Shown here: positions 7,422-16,403 of the stretch, piece after piece
How the letters are laid out: each line of letters opens with the position of its first letter
How positions within the stretch are numbered: position 1 is the stretch's first letter
Source of the DNA: a virus
Lineage: Duplodnaviria; Caudoviricetes
Direction: 5' to 3' (one strand)
Virus record (IMG/VR): IMGVR_UViG_3300026511_000027
Coordinates: 1 to 24,461 of that record
DNA length: 24,461 nucleotides
Position numbers and translations under genes: made by a program
Notes under the pieces: generated by a model
Told to the model about the DNA's origin: nothing
Seen by the model: the letters and a program-made list of their open reading frames with translations, nothing else
Databases searched by the model: none

Positions 7422-9164
7422 ATGTCTACGATATACAAATATTATTTAAACGGCTACGAATACACGCCAACTAATACCGGCGGCTTTACGTTCGACTATA
7501 ATTTAAACCGCGAAAACGGGGCCTATCATTTTAGCAAAAGCGTTAACGGTTCAATAAATTTTAACGGGGCTGCATTTGATTATATTTTAAGTTTTAATAA
7601 GTATCAAAAAATAGAATTAACTATAAAAGAATTTTGCCCCGAAGGCGAATTTTTGTTATTTAATTTATATTTTACGCATTTTGATTGCAATTTTAGCCCC
7701 GACGAAAAACGGGCCGAAGTTAGCCCAAAACAAGACACGTTATACCAATGTTTGACCGACAATTACGACCGCGAATATAATTTTTTAGAGGCTATAAATA
7801 TAGTTAGTTCTGTTTATAGTAAAGATTTTTCTAAATATGAATATAAGATAGAAACCAAAGCAGCAAACGCGCCGTTTTTCGGTTCCCCGGTTTATTGTGG
7901 CGGCGCTTCGCCTTTTTTGGCTTTTTATGTATTTGTAAGGGAATTAAAAACAACTTACTGCCAAGGCGGCGAACCGCAAGCGCCCCCCGGGGCCGGTTGG
8001 CAAATATTATTTAATAATTGCACTACTAAAAATTTAATAACTTGGTATCGTAAACCGCCAATTTTCGACGACCCGGCTGCGTGTTCTTTGTCTTTTACCG
8101 ATACCGTAAGCGCCGGCCCGGGTTTACCGCCGCCAACGCCTACAATACCGGGCAATTGGTTTTTAATGGGTGTTTTTGGTAGCATTATTACAGTTAATAT
8201 AGGGTTTTGGATTGATACAAACACAATACCAAAAGGCAATATTAATTTAGATAACGGCCGTTTATTATTAGATGTAATAAATAAAGGCTTAAATGAATAT
8301 TGCCCCGAATTAGATTTGCAAAGTAATTTTTTGACTAATACAGTTAACCCGGTTACGGGTGAAACCCCAAGCCCTACCGAAGGCGTACAAATGCACGCAA
8401 TAAGCGACATTAAAGACCCGGCCGCAACCGAACCGGCAACGCGCGAACTAATAACACTACAAAGTATATTAAACGATTATATAAGCAGCAAATTAAATTG
8501 TTTTTGGCGTATTGACGAAGGTACAAAAAGGCTAATTATTGAACATTACAACGACCTAACTACGCAAGGCGTAACAAATTTAACGCAAATTAACGGCGGC
8601 AAATGGACCAAATTAAAAAATAAATATAGCTTAGATAATAGCGATTTACCAAAGGCCGAAGCGTTCCCAAGTTTAGACAATAGCATAGATTTTACCGGGG
8701 TAAATATTACCTATAATTCTTTTTTTGGGGAAAATGTAAAAACATACAATACAGATAAATATTATAGTGAAATTGAAACAATAATAAGCGACCCGGACGA
8801 ATACCCGGCCGACGGCGTGGCAATGATAACGCCCGAAAGCTTAGCGCCGGACGGATTAAGGGCCAAAAACGGCGCAATTACGGGCGATTATAGGCCAAAT
8901 GTACCGCAAGGTATGGCAAATTTACACGCTAATTTTTGGCCTTATTATAGGCCTTTCGATAGCGGATCAATTAACTTCATTAATCAACAATTTAACAATA
9001 AACGCCCGGTTAAAATATTAGAAACGGTTACGGTTCCGGTATGCTGCTTTTTTTTATTTGCGCCTTATTCGCGTTTTGTAGGTAATAATTTTAGTAATGG
9101 CCAATTAAGGGCCGCAAGTTTTAACCCTAAAAGCGGATTTATTAGCTTAGAAATACTATATTAA
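7422..9164 (+). CDS. Putative structural protein (tail tip/hub candidate)
   Basis: 580 aa, rich in aromatic residues, Asn and Thr, with 11 Cys and a Pro-rich linker; lies in the virion cluster. Function inferred. Confidence 0.4.
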   Translation: MSTIYKYYLNGYEYTPTNTGGFTFDYNLNRENGAYHFSKSVNGSINFNGAAFDYILSFNKYQKIELTIKEFCPEGEFLLFNLYFTHFDCNFSPDEKRAEVSPKQDTLYQCLTDNYDREYNFLEAINIVSSVYSKDFSKYEYKIETKAANAPFFGSPVYCGGASPFLAFYVFVRELKTTYCQGGEPQAPPGAGWQILFNNCTTKNLITWYRKPPIFDDPAACSLSFTDTVSAGPGLPPPTPTIPGNWFLMGVFGSIITVNIGFWIDTNTIPKGNINLDNGRLLLDVINKGLNEYCPELDLQSNFLTNTVNPVTGETPSPTEGVQMHAISDIKDPAATEPATRELITLQSILNDYISSKLNCFWRIDEGTKRLIIEHYNDLTTQGVTNLTQINGGKWTKLKNKYSLDNSDLPKAEAFPSLDNSIDFTGVNITYNSFFGENVKTYNTDKYYSEIETIISDPDEYPADGVAMITPESLAPDGLRAKNGAITGDYRPNVPQGMANLHANFWPYYRPFDSGSINFINQQFNNKRPVKILETVTVPVCCFFLFAPYSRFVGNNFSNGQLRAASFNPKSGFISLEILY

Positions 9165-9167
9165 AAT

Positions 9168-9614
9168 ATGTCTAGTTTAAACATTATAAATAGAAGCACC
9201 AAAAGCCACGGCGGCGGCGGTTTACCGTTCTATAAAGATCAAAGTAATATATTTAGCGCCTATTCTAACGAATTTAATAGTGATATTGGCCTTTGGTCCG
9301 TACCACCGGACAAAATACCAACGTTTCAAATATTTTTAGACGGTATTTATAACACTATTACCACGTTCCAATATTTAGAAACTAAAGGTAATAACATTTT
9401 TACCGGCGTTTTTAATCCGCCTATTGGTTCCGTTATTTATACCGGCGTACAAATTAACGGGCTTAGTAATTCAGTTTTTGAAACTAGCGACACAACAACA
9501 CTAACAACGCCGGCCCCGGTTGGGCGTTGGGTTATAAATTTAGTATTAAGTGACGGCGGAACAAATTTTTTAGAATTATATAGCGAAGAATTTTTAACTA
9601 AAAATTGTTGTTAA
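9168..9614 (+). CDS. Hypothetical virion protein
   Basis: 148 aa, beta-rich composition, ends in CC; tightly packed with neighbours. Confidence 0.5.
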   Translation: MSSLNIINRSTKSHGGGGLPFYKDQSNIFSAYSNEFNSDIGLWSVPPDKIPTFQIFLDGIYNTITTFQYLETKGNNIFTGVFNPPIGSVIYTGVQINGLSNSVFETSDTTTLTTPAPVGRWVINLVLSDGGTNFLELYSEEFLTKNCC

Positions 9615-9615
9615 T

Positions 9616-10149
9616 ATGTCTTTTTTAAATTTTGCGGTACGTCTAAAATTAGCCGCCGAAGAAATAAACGCAACACGCGAAAACGAAAGCGTTTTAGTAG
9701 GTAAAGAAACAACCGCACTAATACGGAGCCGCGTTCAAACCGAAAAGCTAAACGCCGAAGGTCAACCATTTGGCCAATATAGCCGGGCCTTGGTTCCGCA
9801 ATGGTTTTTTTATAATCGTAGTATTTCAGCCGGGGCCGAAACCAAAATAAAAACGGGCGATTGGTTCCAAAGTTACGCGGATTTTAAAGAAGCAAATAAC
9901 CAAGACCCCAACGACATAAATTTTACTTTTACGGGCGATATGTGGCGAAATACGGGCGTTAATTCTGTAAAAAGTACTGAAGCAACAACGACCGTAACAA
10001 TAGGCGGCCAAACCACGCGCGCCCAAAATATACAAGAATGGCAGGAACCGCGATACGGTAACATATTAGAAACCAACGAAAACGAAAGGCAATTTATTAA
10101 AGAAGCCCACGAGGAACGGATAACAAAAATAATAAATAAATACCTATGA
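9616..10149 (+). CDS. Putative tail completion/neck protein (Mu gpG / virion morphogenesis-like)
   Basis: IRSRVQ...GQPFGQYS and INFTFTGDMWRN resemble the I..R....G.....YS and L..TG.+ pattern of this group. Confidence 0.5.
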   Translation: MSFLNFAVRLKLAAEEINATRENESVLVGKETTALIRSRVQTEKLNAEGQPFGQYSRALVPQWFFYNRSISAGAETKIKTGDWFQSYADFKEANNQDPNDINFTFTGDMWRNTGVNSVKSTEATTTVTIGGQTTRAQNIQEWQEPRYGNILETNENERQFIKEAHEERITKIINKYL

Positions 10150-11501
10150 AAATACGCTATTTAATAGATACGATTTTAAGCCCACAAATAACGGCTTTAG
10201 ATTTCGCGGATAAATACGCCGGCATAGTTAGAACGATTAATATAGCCGTAGACAACCAAAGCGAAACCGGAATAGTAAAGCGCTACCCGGTAGCTTGTAA
10301 CGTAGTTAACGGCGATTGTGCAAACGTTGGATTATATAACGAATTAGTACCCGACGACACAAAAAAAAGCGTTATTTATTGGGAATTAATTCAACCAATG
10401 ACAAACGCCGGATTTACTAAAACAAACGACTTTTATAATAAACGTTTTAAGGGCGTGGCGCGTTTGGTTGTTTGGTTGAACCTTGCTAAATTGGGTTTAG
10501 ATGAATGTAACGGCGCGATTTATACAATACCAATACTAGAAAAAATATTAACAACGCGCGGCAAAATACAAAGCGGCATTTATCAAAATTCTTTACTTTG
10601 GATTGAACCGAAGGGCCTAGTAAAACAAGATATAAATACAATTTTTGGCGGCTACGATTACCCCAAAATAAAAAACTATTACCTTTATCCGTTCGACTTT
10701 TACGCTATTGATGTTAATTTCACATTAGAGCAATGTTTAAGCAAAGGCGGAATTTTCCCAACCGGCGCCGCCTTAGATTGTGTTAACCAAATACCCGAAA
10801 ATCAACTATGCAAAAGCCTTAGTTTTGACGGGGTTAATGAATTTATAAATTGTACTAATAATTCAGCTTTTGATTTTAACCCGTCAAACGCATTTAGTAT
10901 TGAAAGTTGGGTAAAATTTGATGATTTAACGGGCGGCCGCTTTATTGTTAGTAAGTGGGCAAGACCTACTCCTACAGATGTTAGAGCTTATTATCTTTCA
11001 ACTCTTGGTAACAATTTAAGATTTTTATTTGCAAGTTCAAATTCAAGTTTACTTATAGTCAATTCTACACAATCATTAAGTACGGGCGTATGGTATCATA
11101 TTGTTTTAACTTACGGCGGCTCAAGTGATGCAAACGGCGTAAAGTTTTATATTGATAATACTCTTACACCAAAAACAATACAAAGCAATAATTTAAGCGG
11201 CGTAACAACAAATAACGAACCTTTACAAATAGGCGGCCAAGATACTTTTTTTAGTGCCGCACAAATAGCAAAAACACGGGTTTGGAATGTCGAATTAACA
11301 CCGGCCGAAGTAAACACGCAATACAACGGCGGTACAATACAACAAAGCCCGGTACAAACTACTAATTTAGTTTTAGATACAGATATAAATAACGCTACAT
11401 TTGGAACTCAATTTAATATACCGGATTTAACCGGAATAACGGCCGGTTATACTTCGGTAAATATGGAATCAGACGACATTTTAAACGATTGCCCCGAATA
11501 A
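10146..11501 (+). CDS. Virion protein: unknown N-terminal domain (possibly tail terminator) fused to a LamG/concanavalin A-like domain
   Basis: C-terminal half has SLSFDGVNEFI, FSIESWVKF, GVWYHIVLTY, KFYID, PLQIGG, RVWNVELTPAEV..QYNGG, typical of Laminin_G_3. Confidence 0.8.
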   Translation: MKIRYLIDTILSPQITALDFADKYAGIVRTINIAVDNQSETGIVKRYPVACNVVNGDCANVGLYNELVPDDTKKSVIYWELIQPMTNAGFTKTNDFYNKRFKGVARLVVWLNLAKLGLDECNGAIYTIPILEKILTTRGKIQSGIYQNSLLWIEPKGLVKQDINTIFGGYDYPKIKNYYLYPFDFYAIDVNFTLEQCLSKGGIFPTGAALDCVNQIPENQLCKSLSFDGVNEFINCTNNSAFDFNPSNAFSIESWVKFDDLTGGRFIVSKWARPTPTDVRAYYLSTLGNNLRFLFASSNSSLLIVNSTQSLSTGVWYHIVLTYGGSSDANGVKFYIDNTLTPKTIQSNNLSGVTTNNEPLQIGGQDTFFSAAQIAKTRVWNVELTPAEVNTQYNGGTIQQSPVQTTNLVLDTDINNATFGTQFNIPDLTGITAGYTSVNMESDDILNDCPE

Positions 11502-11599
11502 TGAAACAAATAAAAAAATATAAAAATACTATTAGCCTTTTATTGGCTTGTTTGGCTTTTTTTTGGTATATGCTTAAAAGCCTTTTTAACCTATTTTAA
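11501..11599 (+). CDS. 32-aa membrane peptide (not in ORF track)
   Basis: TAATG-coupled to the LamG gene; MKQIKKYKNTISLLLACLAFFWYMLKSLFNLF. Confidence 0.5.
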   Translation: MKQIKKYKNTISLLLACLAFFWYMLKSLFNLF

Positions 11600-11611
11600 A
11601 CGTTTATTTTT

Positions 11612-11860
11612 ATGTCTCATAATAGATATTATACAATTAATTCAAACGACCCTAAAAAGGCCGAAATTTTAGCGTTTAGCGTTGGAACGCCCGAAACACA
11701 AAGGTACAATTTAAGCGGTACGCAATTAGTAATAAAACTATTTGAAGGCGACCACAAACAACACGAACAACTAAGCCAATACACGGAACAAAACCACGAA
11801 AAAATATTAAGAACTTTAAACGGTCCGGAATGGACCGCCGCCCCGTATTTTTATGAATGA
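11612..11860 (+). CDS. Hypothetical phage protein
   Basis: 82 aa; NHEKILRTLNGPEWT resembles small proteins I recall beside LamG genes in aquatic phages (unverified). Confidence 0.6.
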   Translation: MSHNRYYTINSNDPKKAEILAFSVGTPETQRYNLSGTQLVIKLFEGDHKQHEQLSQYTEQNHEKILRTLNGPEWTAAPYFYE

Positions 11861-12134
11861 TATATTAATATTAAAAATTGTTTTTATTTGCGCGTCTATT
11901 GGTTGGGTTTACGTTGAAAAATTAACGGCAAATTATGGCCTTTTAGATTTTTTGCCGAAGTATTACCCGGCAAAATTAGAAACGCTTTTAAATTGTTCTT
12001 TTTGTGTTGCCGGTTGGCTTAGTATTGCCGCCGTTTTTATTAATTACGATCAATTAAAAAATATATTTTTATACGCTTTAATTTTTACGCCATTTTGTAC
12101 AATGGCAGCGGTAAAAGTATTATTTTACAAGTAA
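11853..12134 (+). CDS. Membrane protein with CxxC motif (DUF1360-like)
   Basis: Three hydrophobic segments; LLNCSFCVAGW resembles the LL.C.WC...W motif. Confidence 0.5.
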   Translation: MNDILILKIVFICASIGWVYVEKLTANYGLLDFLPKYYPAKLETLLNCSFCVAGWLSIAAVFINYDQLKNIFLYALIFTPFCTMAAVKVLFYK

Positions 12135-12171
12135 AGGAAAAAAGGAAAATTAACTAATTAAAATTAAAAAA

Positions 12172-12726
12172 ATGTCGGATATTTTAGCGGATAAATTCGC
12201 GGAAACAATGAAAAAAATAAAAGCTATAAACGCGCCTAAAAGCCTAATAGTAAACGGTAAATTTAAAAGCGAATTTATAGCCAACGGAACAAAATATATT
12301 GTTATGCCGCCGGACAAAGTTTTTAACATAGATAGGCAAATAGCCTATCATAATATTGAAACGGCTTTCAGTTTGAACCAAACGCCCACGGCAATAAAAA
12401 AGCGCTTTGTTGATCTTTGGGAAAATATCATAAGATTAATGCAAGCGACCGGCGATGATTGGGCCAAAAATATGAATACATTACTACGCGATTGTATGAA
12501 TAATTTAGATAGTTTTAAAGGCGAATTAACAAGCCGTTACCCGGCCGCTTATTATATTTGTACTTTGTTTATTATTCGCGAAAACGAAGATTTAAACGCG
12601 TGGAATTTTGAAGCAGCCGACGAAAAGATAAACGATTGGGTTAAAGAAAATTACAGGGCCGTCGATTTTTTCGGTTTGGCGCTCGGAACATCGCAAGAAT
12701 CACAAACGATTATAAACGAAAGCTAA
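12172..12726 (+). CDS. Tail assembly chaperone (lambda gpG analogue)
   Basis: Upstream of the tape measure gene; VDFF encoded over the slippery heptamer T-TTT-TTC near the 3' end. Confidence 0.75.
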   Translation: MSDILADKFAETMKKIKAINAPKSLIVNGKFKSEFIANGTKYIVMPPDKVFNIDRQIAYHNIETAFSLNQTPTAIKKRFVDLWENIIRLMQATGDDWAKNMNTLLRDCMNNLDSFKGELTSRYPAAYYICTLFIIRENEDLNAWNFEAADEKINDWVKENYRAVDFFGLALGTSQESQTIINES

Positions 12727-12962
12727 ACGGCTTTTTAAAAAAATCGAAAAAAGACAACGCCGGGCGCTATAAAAACGTTTATTTTAAACGGGGTAAAGTT
12801 AATTGTATTGATAAAATAGAAGAAAACGAAAACTATGTTTTTGATAGCTTAGATTTATTAGTAAACAATACAAGTTATAATCCCGAATATTTAAAAAAAC
12901 TTTATATTATAGACTTTTACAAAGTTTTAAAACGATTAGAAAAAAAATTAAAATCTAAATAA
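12669..12962 (+). CDS. -1 frameshift extension of the chaperone (gpGT analogue; fusion 12172-12962, about 263 aa)
   Basis: -1 frame is open for 97 codons from the slippery site, contains no ATG, and ends at a TAA overlapping the tape measure ATG (TAATG). Confidence 0.8.
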   Translation, partial: FRFGARNIARITNDYKRKLNGFLKKSKKDNAGRYKNVYFKRGKVNCIDKIEENENYVFDSLDLLVNNTSYNPEYLKKLYIIDFYKVLKRLEKKLKSK

Positions 12963-15529
12963 TGGCCGACGATATAGAAGTAAAAATAGTAGTTGACGAT
13001 AGCGAAATAATAGAAAGTTTTAACAATATAGCCGACCAAGCCGAAAACTTAGGCGGTACAATGTCGAACGTAAGCGAAAACATAAGCGAAGGCCTAGAAA
13101 GCGGCCCTGTCGAAAGGTTAGGCGGTTCCACAAAAGAAGCATCAAAACAAGTTGATAAACTAGATAAAAGCGCTAAAAAAAGCGGCCGAAGTTTGGGCCG
13201 TTTTACCCGTGGCGCCGGCCGTGGCGTCGGGGCTTTGGGCCGTTTTGCCGGTTCCGGGGGCCGGGCCGCTTCGCAATTGGGCCGCTTTGGAATTTTATTG
13301 GCCGGTACGCCGTTTGGGCCGTTTGCCGTGGCGGCCGGCGCGGCTGCTTTGGCCGTTAGTTTTTTTAGTAAAAATAACGCCGAAGCGGTAGAAGAAAACG
13401 AAAAATTAAAAGAAAGTTTACAGGGTTTAAGTACCGAATTAGCAACCGCGTTCGAAAGCAACAAATTATTAGAAATAGAAGGCTTAGAAGGCGCCGAAAA
13501 GGCCACGGCGTTAACAAATTTTAATATTACAAAACGAAATAAATTACAACAACAATTAAACGCGGAATTAGACAAACGAACCGAAATAAATAATAAAATT
13601 ATTGATCAAAAAGAAGTAATTAAGGATTTAGAAAAAGGCGAATCCAAATTTTTAAAGGGATTTGTGGTAGATACCGATAAACTTTTAGAAGAGGAAAATA
13701 AACTCAATAAATTAAAGATAGAAGAGGCCGAAATTAGAAAAGTTACCGGAAAATTAGCGGCGCAAAAACTAAAAACCGAGCAAAAAATAAACCAAATAAC
13801 CAAACAACAAACCGCCGAAAAGGACAAACAAAAAGAAGCGGACAAAGCCGTCGCGGACCAAGCCCGAAAAAATGCCGAAGCCGCTAATAAATTATTTACC
13901 GACCTTATAAGGGACGAACGGCAAAAAAAAATACAACAACTAAAAGACCAAGCCGCCGCCCGGGACGCCCAAGCAAGAAAAATAATAACAGACAACACAA
14001 GACTAAATAATTTCTTACTTAAAAGCGAAGAAGTTTTAAAAGAAGATATAAGCGATTTAAACGCCGAATTTAACGCCGCCGAAATTAAAGCCCGGGCCGC
14101 CGTTCTAGCTGAATTAATAACCAACGAACGCGAAGCCGAACTAAACGCGGCAAACGAAGCCGCCAAAGTTAGAGCCGAACAAATAGAAAAAATTGCGGAA
14201 ACGGACGAAGAAAGGGCCGAACTATTAAAAAAGAACGCCGAAAAATTAAAAACGGAATTAGCCGAAATTAATAAAAAGTTTGACGATCAAAAGGCCGCCA
14301 AAGATTTAGAAAGTTTACAAAATACTTTAGAATTTCAACAAAGACAAACGGCCGCCGAATTAGCAGCAAAACAAGAAGGCGAACGCCAAAAGTTCGCCGA
14401 AATTGAACGAAGCGCCGACGAAATACAAAAATTTAACAACGACCAAAACAACGCAAAGTTAAATCAAGAAATAGAATTTCAAAAGCAAAAATTAGAATTA
14501 ATAAGGGCCAATAATAAAAACCTAAGTAAAGAACAAAAGGCCGCTTTAGATGCCGAAATAAAAGCCTTAGAAGCCCGGGCCGCCGGCGTTGGCGTGGCGG
14601 TAAAAGAAGCCACCGAAACCGAAGCGGCCGACCCTAAAACGTTAGGCGATTTATTAGGCATTCCTGAAGATACGCAACAAGATATAAAAGCGGTACAAGG
14701 CGCCTTGCAAACCGTTACCGGCGAAATTCAAAAAGCCGTAGCGCAACGCGTAGAAGCCTTACAAAAAGAAGTAGACTTCAGGAACCAAAGAATAGGCGAA
14801 ATTCAATCGGATTTAACCAACGAAATAGAATTAAATAAACTAGGTAAGGCATCCAATATAAAAGAAGTAAAGGAACAATTAGAAGCCGAAAAGGCCGCCC
14901 GGGACAAAGCCGAAGCCGAAAAGAAACAAGCCGCAAAAGCTCAATTCGCTATTGATACGGCCTTACAAGCTAGTAACCTAATTACTTCTATAAGTTCGTT
15001 GTATTCGTCTTTGGCCGGTTTGCCGTTTGGTGTTGGCGTAGCTTTAGCCACGGCCTTAAGCGGCGTTTTATTGGCTTCTTTTATTGCTAGTAAAAGCCAA
15101 GCCGCAAGCGCCGCCGGTTTTGCCGACGGGGGATATACGGGGGACGGCCAAAAGTACGAAACGGCCGGAACCGTACACCGTGGCGAATGGATTATACCAA
15201 AAGAAAAAACGCGCGAATTAGGCTTGCAGGGCGTGGCCGTTTCTGATTTCGACGATGTTTTAGCCGCTAACTATTCCGGAATGCCAAAAAGCGGCCGCAA
15301 AAATAAAAACATTGACAAACAATTAAAAGCCAATATAAGCGCCCAAAAAGCCGAACGCTTGCAAGCGTACCGGGACGGCGTACAAAGCGCCATAGTAGGG
15401 CAAAATTCTATTTTAAAAGGCATTTTAAAGGCTACGGAAAACGCGCCGTTAGTATTCCCGTTGAATGATAATAAATATTTGATACAACGCGGAAAATATA
15501 AAACAGAAATTAAACGAATTAAAAAATAA
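12962..15529 (+). CDS. Tail tape measure protein
   Basis: 855 aa; long A/E/K/Q coiled coil, two hydrophobic G/A-rich segments, lambda gpH-type motif GFADGGYTGDGQKYETAGTVHRGEWII. Confidence 0.9.
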   Translation: MADDIEVKIVVDDSEIIESFNNIADQAENLGGTMSNVSENISEGLESGPVERLGGSTKEASKQVDKLDKSAKKSGRSLGRFTRGAGRGVGALGRFAGSGGRAASQLGRFGILLAGTPFGPFAVAAGAAALAVSFFSKNNAEAVEENEKLKESLQGLSTELATAFESNKLLEIEGLEGAEKATALTNFNITKRNKLQQQLNAELDKRTEINNKIIDQKEVIKDLEKGESKFLKGFVVDTDKLLEEENKLNKLKIEEAEIRKVTGKLAAQKLKTEQKINQITKQQTAEKDKQKEADKAVADQARKNAEAANKLFTDLIRDERQKKIQQLKDQAAARDAQARKIITDNTRLNNFLLKSEEVLKEDISDLNAEFNAAEIKARAAVLAELITNEREAELNAANEAAKVRAEQIEKIAETDEERAELLKKNAEKLKTELAEINKKFDDQKAAKDLESLQNTLEFQQRQTAAELAAKQEGERQKFAEIERSADEIQKFNNDQNNAKLNQEIEFQKQKLELIRANNKNLSKEQKAALDAEIKALEARAAGVGVAVKEATETEAADPKTLGDLLGIPEDTQQDIKAVQGALQTVTGEIQKAVAQRVEALQKEVDFRNQRIGEIQSDLTNEIELNKLGKASNIKEVKEQLEAEKAARDKAEAEKKQAAKAQFAIDTALQASNLITSISSLYSSLAGLPFGVGVALATALSGVLLASFIASKSQAASAAGFADGGYTGDGQKYETAGTVHRGEWIIPKEKTRELGLQGVAVSDFDDVLAANYSGMPKSGRKNKNIDKQLKANISAQKAERLQAYRDGVQSAIVGQNSILKGILKATENAPLVFPLNDNKYLIQRGKYKTEIKRIKK
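13193..13288 (+). repeat. Three LGRF repeats at 42-nt period within the tape measure gene
   Basis: TTGGGCCGYTTT at 13193, 13235 and 13277. Confidence 0.75.
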
Positions 15530-15557
15530 ATTATTGATTAACTAAATTTTTATAAAA

Positions 15558-16151
15558 ATGGAAAAACACAAAATTAGTAAGGACCTTAAAAAATGGACCT
15601 TAGACAAAAGTAAACTAAGTAAAGAGGATTTAGAAGTATTAAAAATTGTAAATTTTCCGCACGCTTTAGGCTACCGACAAACCGCACAAAAAAGGATTAA
15701 AAGACGCCGCGCAAATAACGGCTTTATAGATCCGCAAAGCTACGATATTAACGAGTTTAAATATACAATTACTAATAAAAACGTAGCGTTTTTTGATATT
15801 GGACGGCACACGGCCAAAGGTAAAACGCCGGAACAATTAGCCCGGGCGTCTCAATTTATAGAAGGCGTTTTAAAAACGAAGGCTAATAAATTCGTTTATA
15901 TAGATGCTAACTATATCGAAGACGAATTAAACGAAATTTTAACCCGTTTTAGTAAACCTAAATTAACGCCCAATATGCAAGCCCCGGCCGAACCTATAAA
16001 GGCAGTAAAAAAGGCCGTTAAAAAAGGATTAACGCCCGAACAGATAGAAACGGCAAAAGATAAACTAACTACGGGCGAAATGGACTTAAAAGAAACGGCT
16101 AAACTTTTAGGCGTTACGCAAAAACTAATAAAAGAAACCTTAAAACTTTAA
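15558..16151 (+). CDS. Hypothetical protein with C-terminal helix-turn-helix
   Basis: LTPEQIETAKDKLTTGEMDLKETAKLLGVTQKLI fits a resolvase-type HTH pattern. Confidence 0.55.
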   Translation: MEKHKISKDLKKWTLDKSKLSKEDLEVLKIVNFPHALGYRQTAQKRIKRRRANNGFIDPQSYDINEFKYTITNKNVAFFDIGRHTAKGKTPEQLARASQFIEGVLKTKANKFVYIDANYIEDELNEILTRFSKPKLTPNMQAPAEPIKAVKKAVKKGLTPEQIETAKDKLTTGEMDLKETAKLLGVTQKLIKETLKL

Positions 16152-16154
16152 ATT

Positions 16155-16361
16155 ATGCCAAAGCCTAAAAAATATTTGTACCGAAAATTACCGCACTTTA
16201 TTAAAAATGCAACCGGTAACGATTGGCAAAAATGCAGCGAAGCGGACAAACAGAAAATTAATAGAATGTTTCCGGGGGCCTATGAATTTAAAAAAATAGA
16301 AGCCAAGAAACCGCCAACGCCGACGCCGAATATGTTAGAAGGCGAACCAAAAGAAAAATAA
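16155..16361 (+). CDS. Hypothetical Lys/Pro-rich protein
   Basis: 68-aa ORF beginning 3 nt after the previous stop. Confidence 0.6.
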   Translation: MPKPKKYLYRKLPHFIKNATGNDWQKCSEADKQKINRMFPGAYEFKKIEAKKPPTPTPNMLEGEPKEK

Positions 16362-16403
16362 TTTAGGAAAATTGAAACATTAAAATAAAAAAATAGTATA
16401 TTT

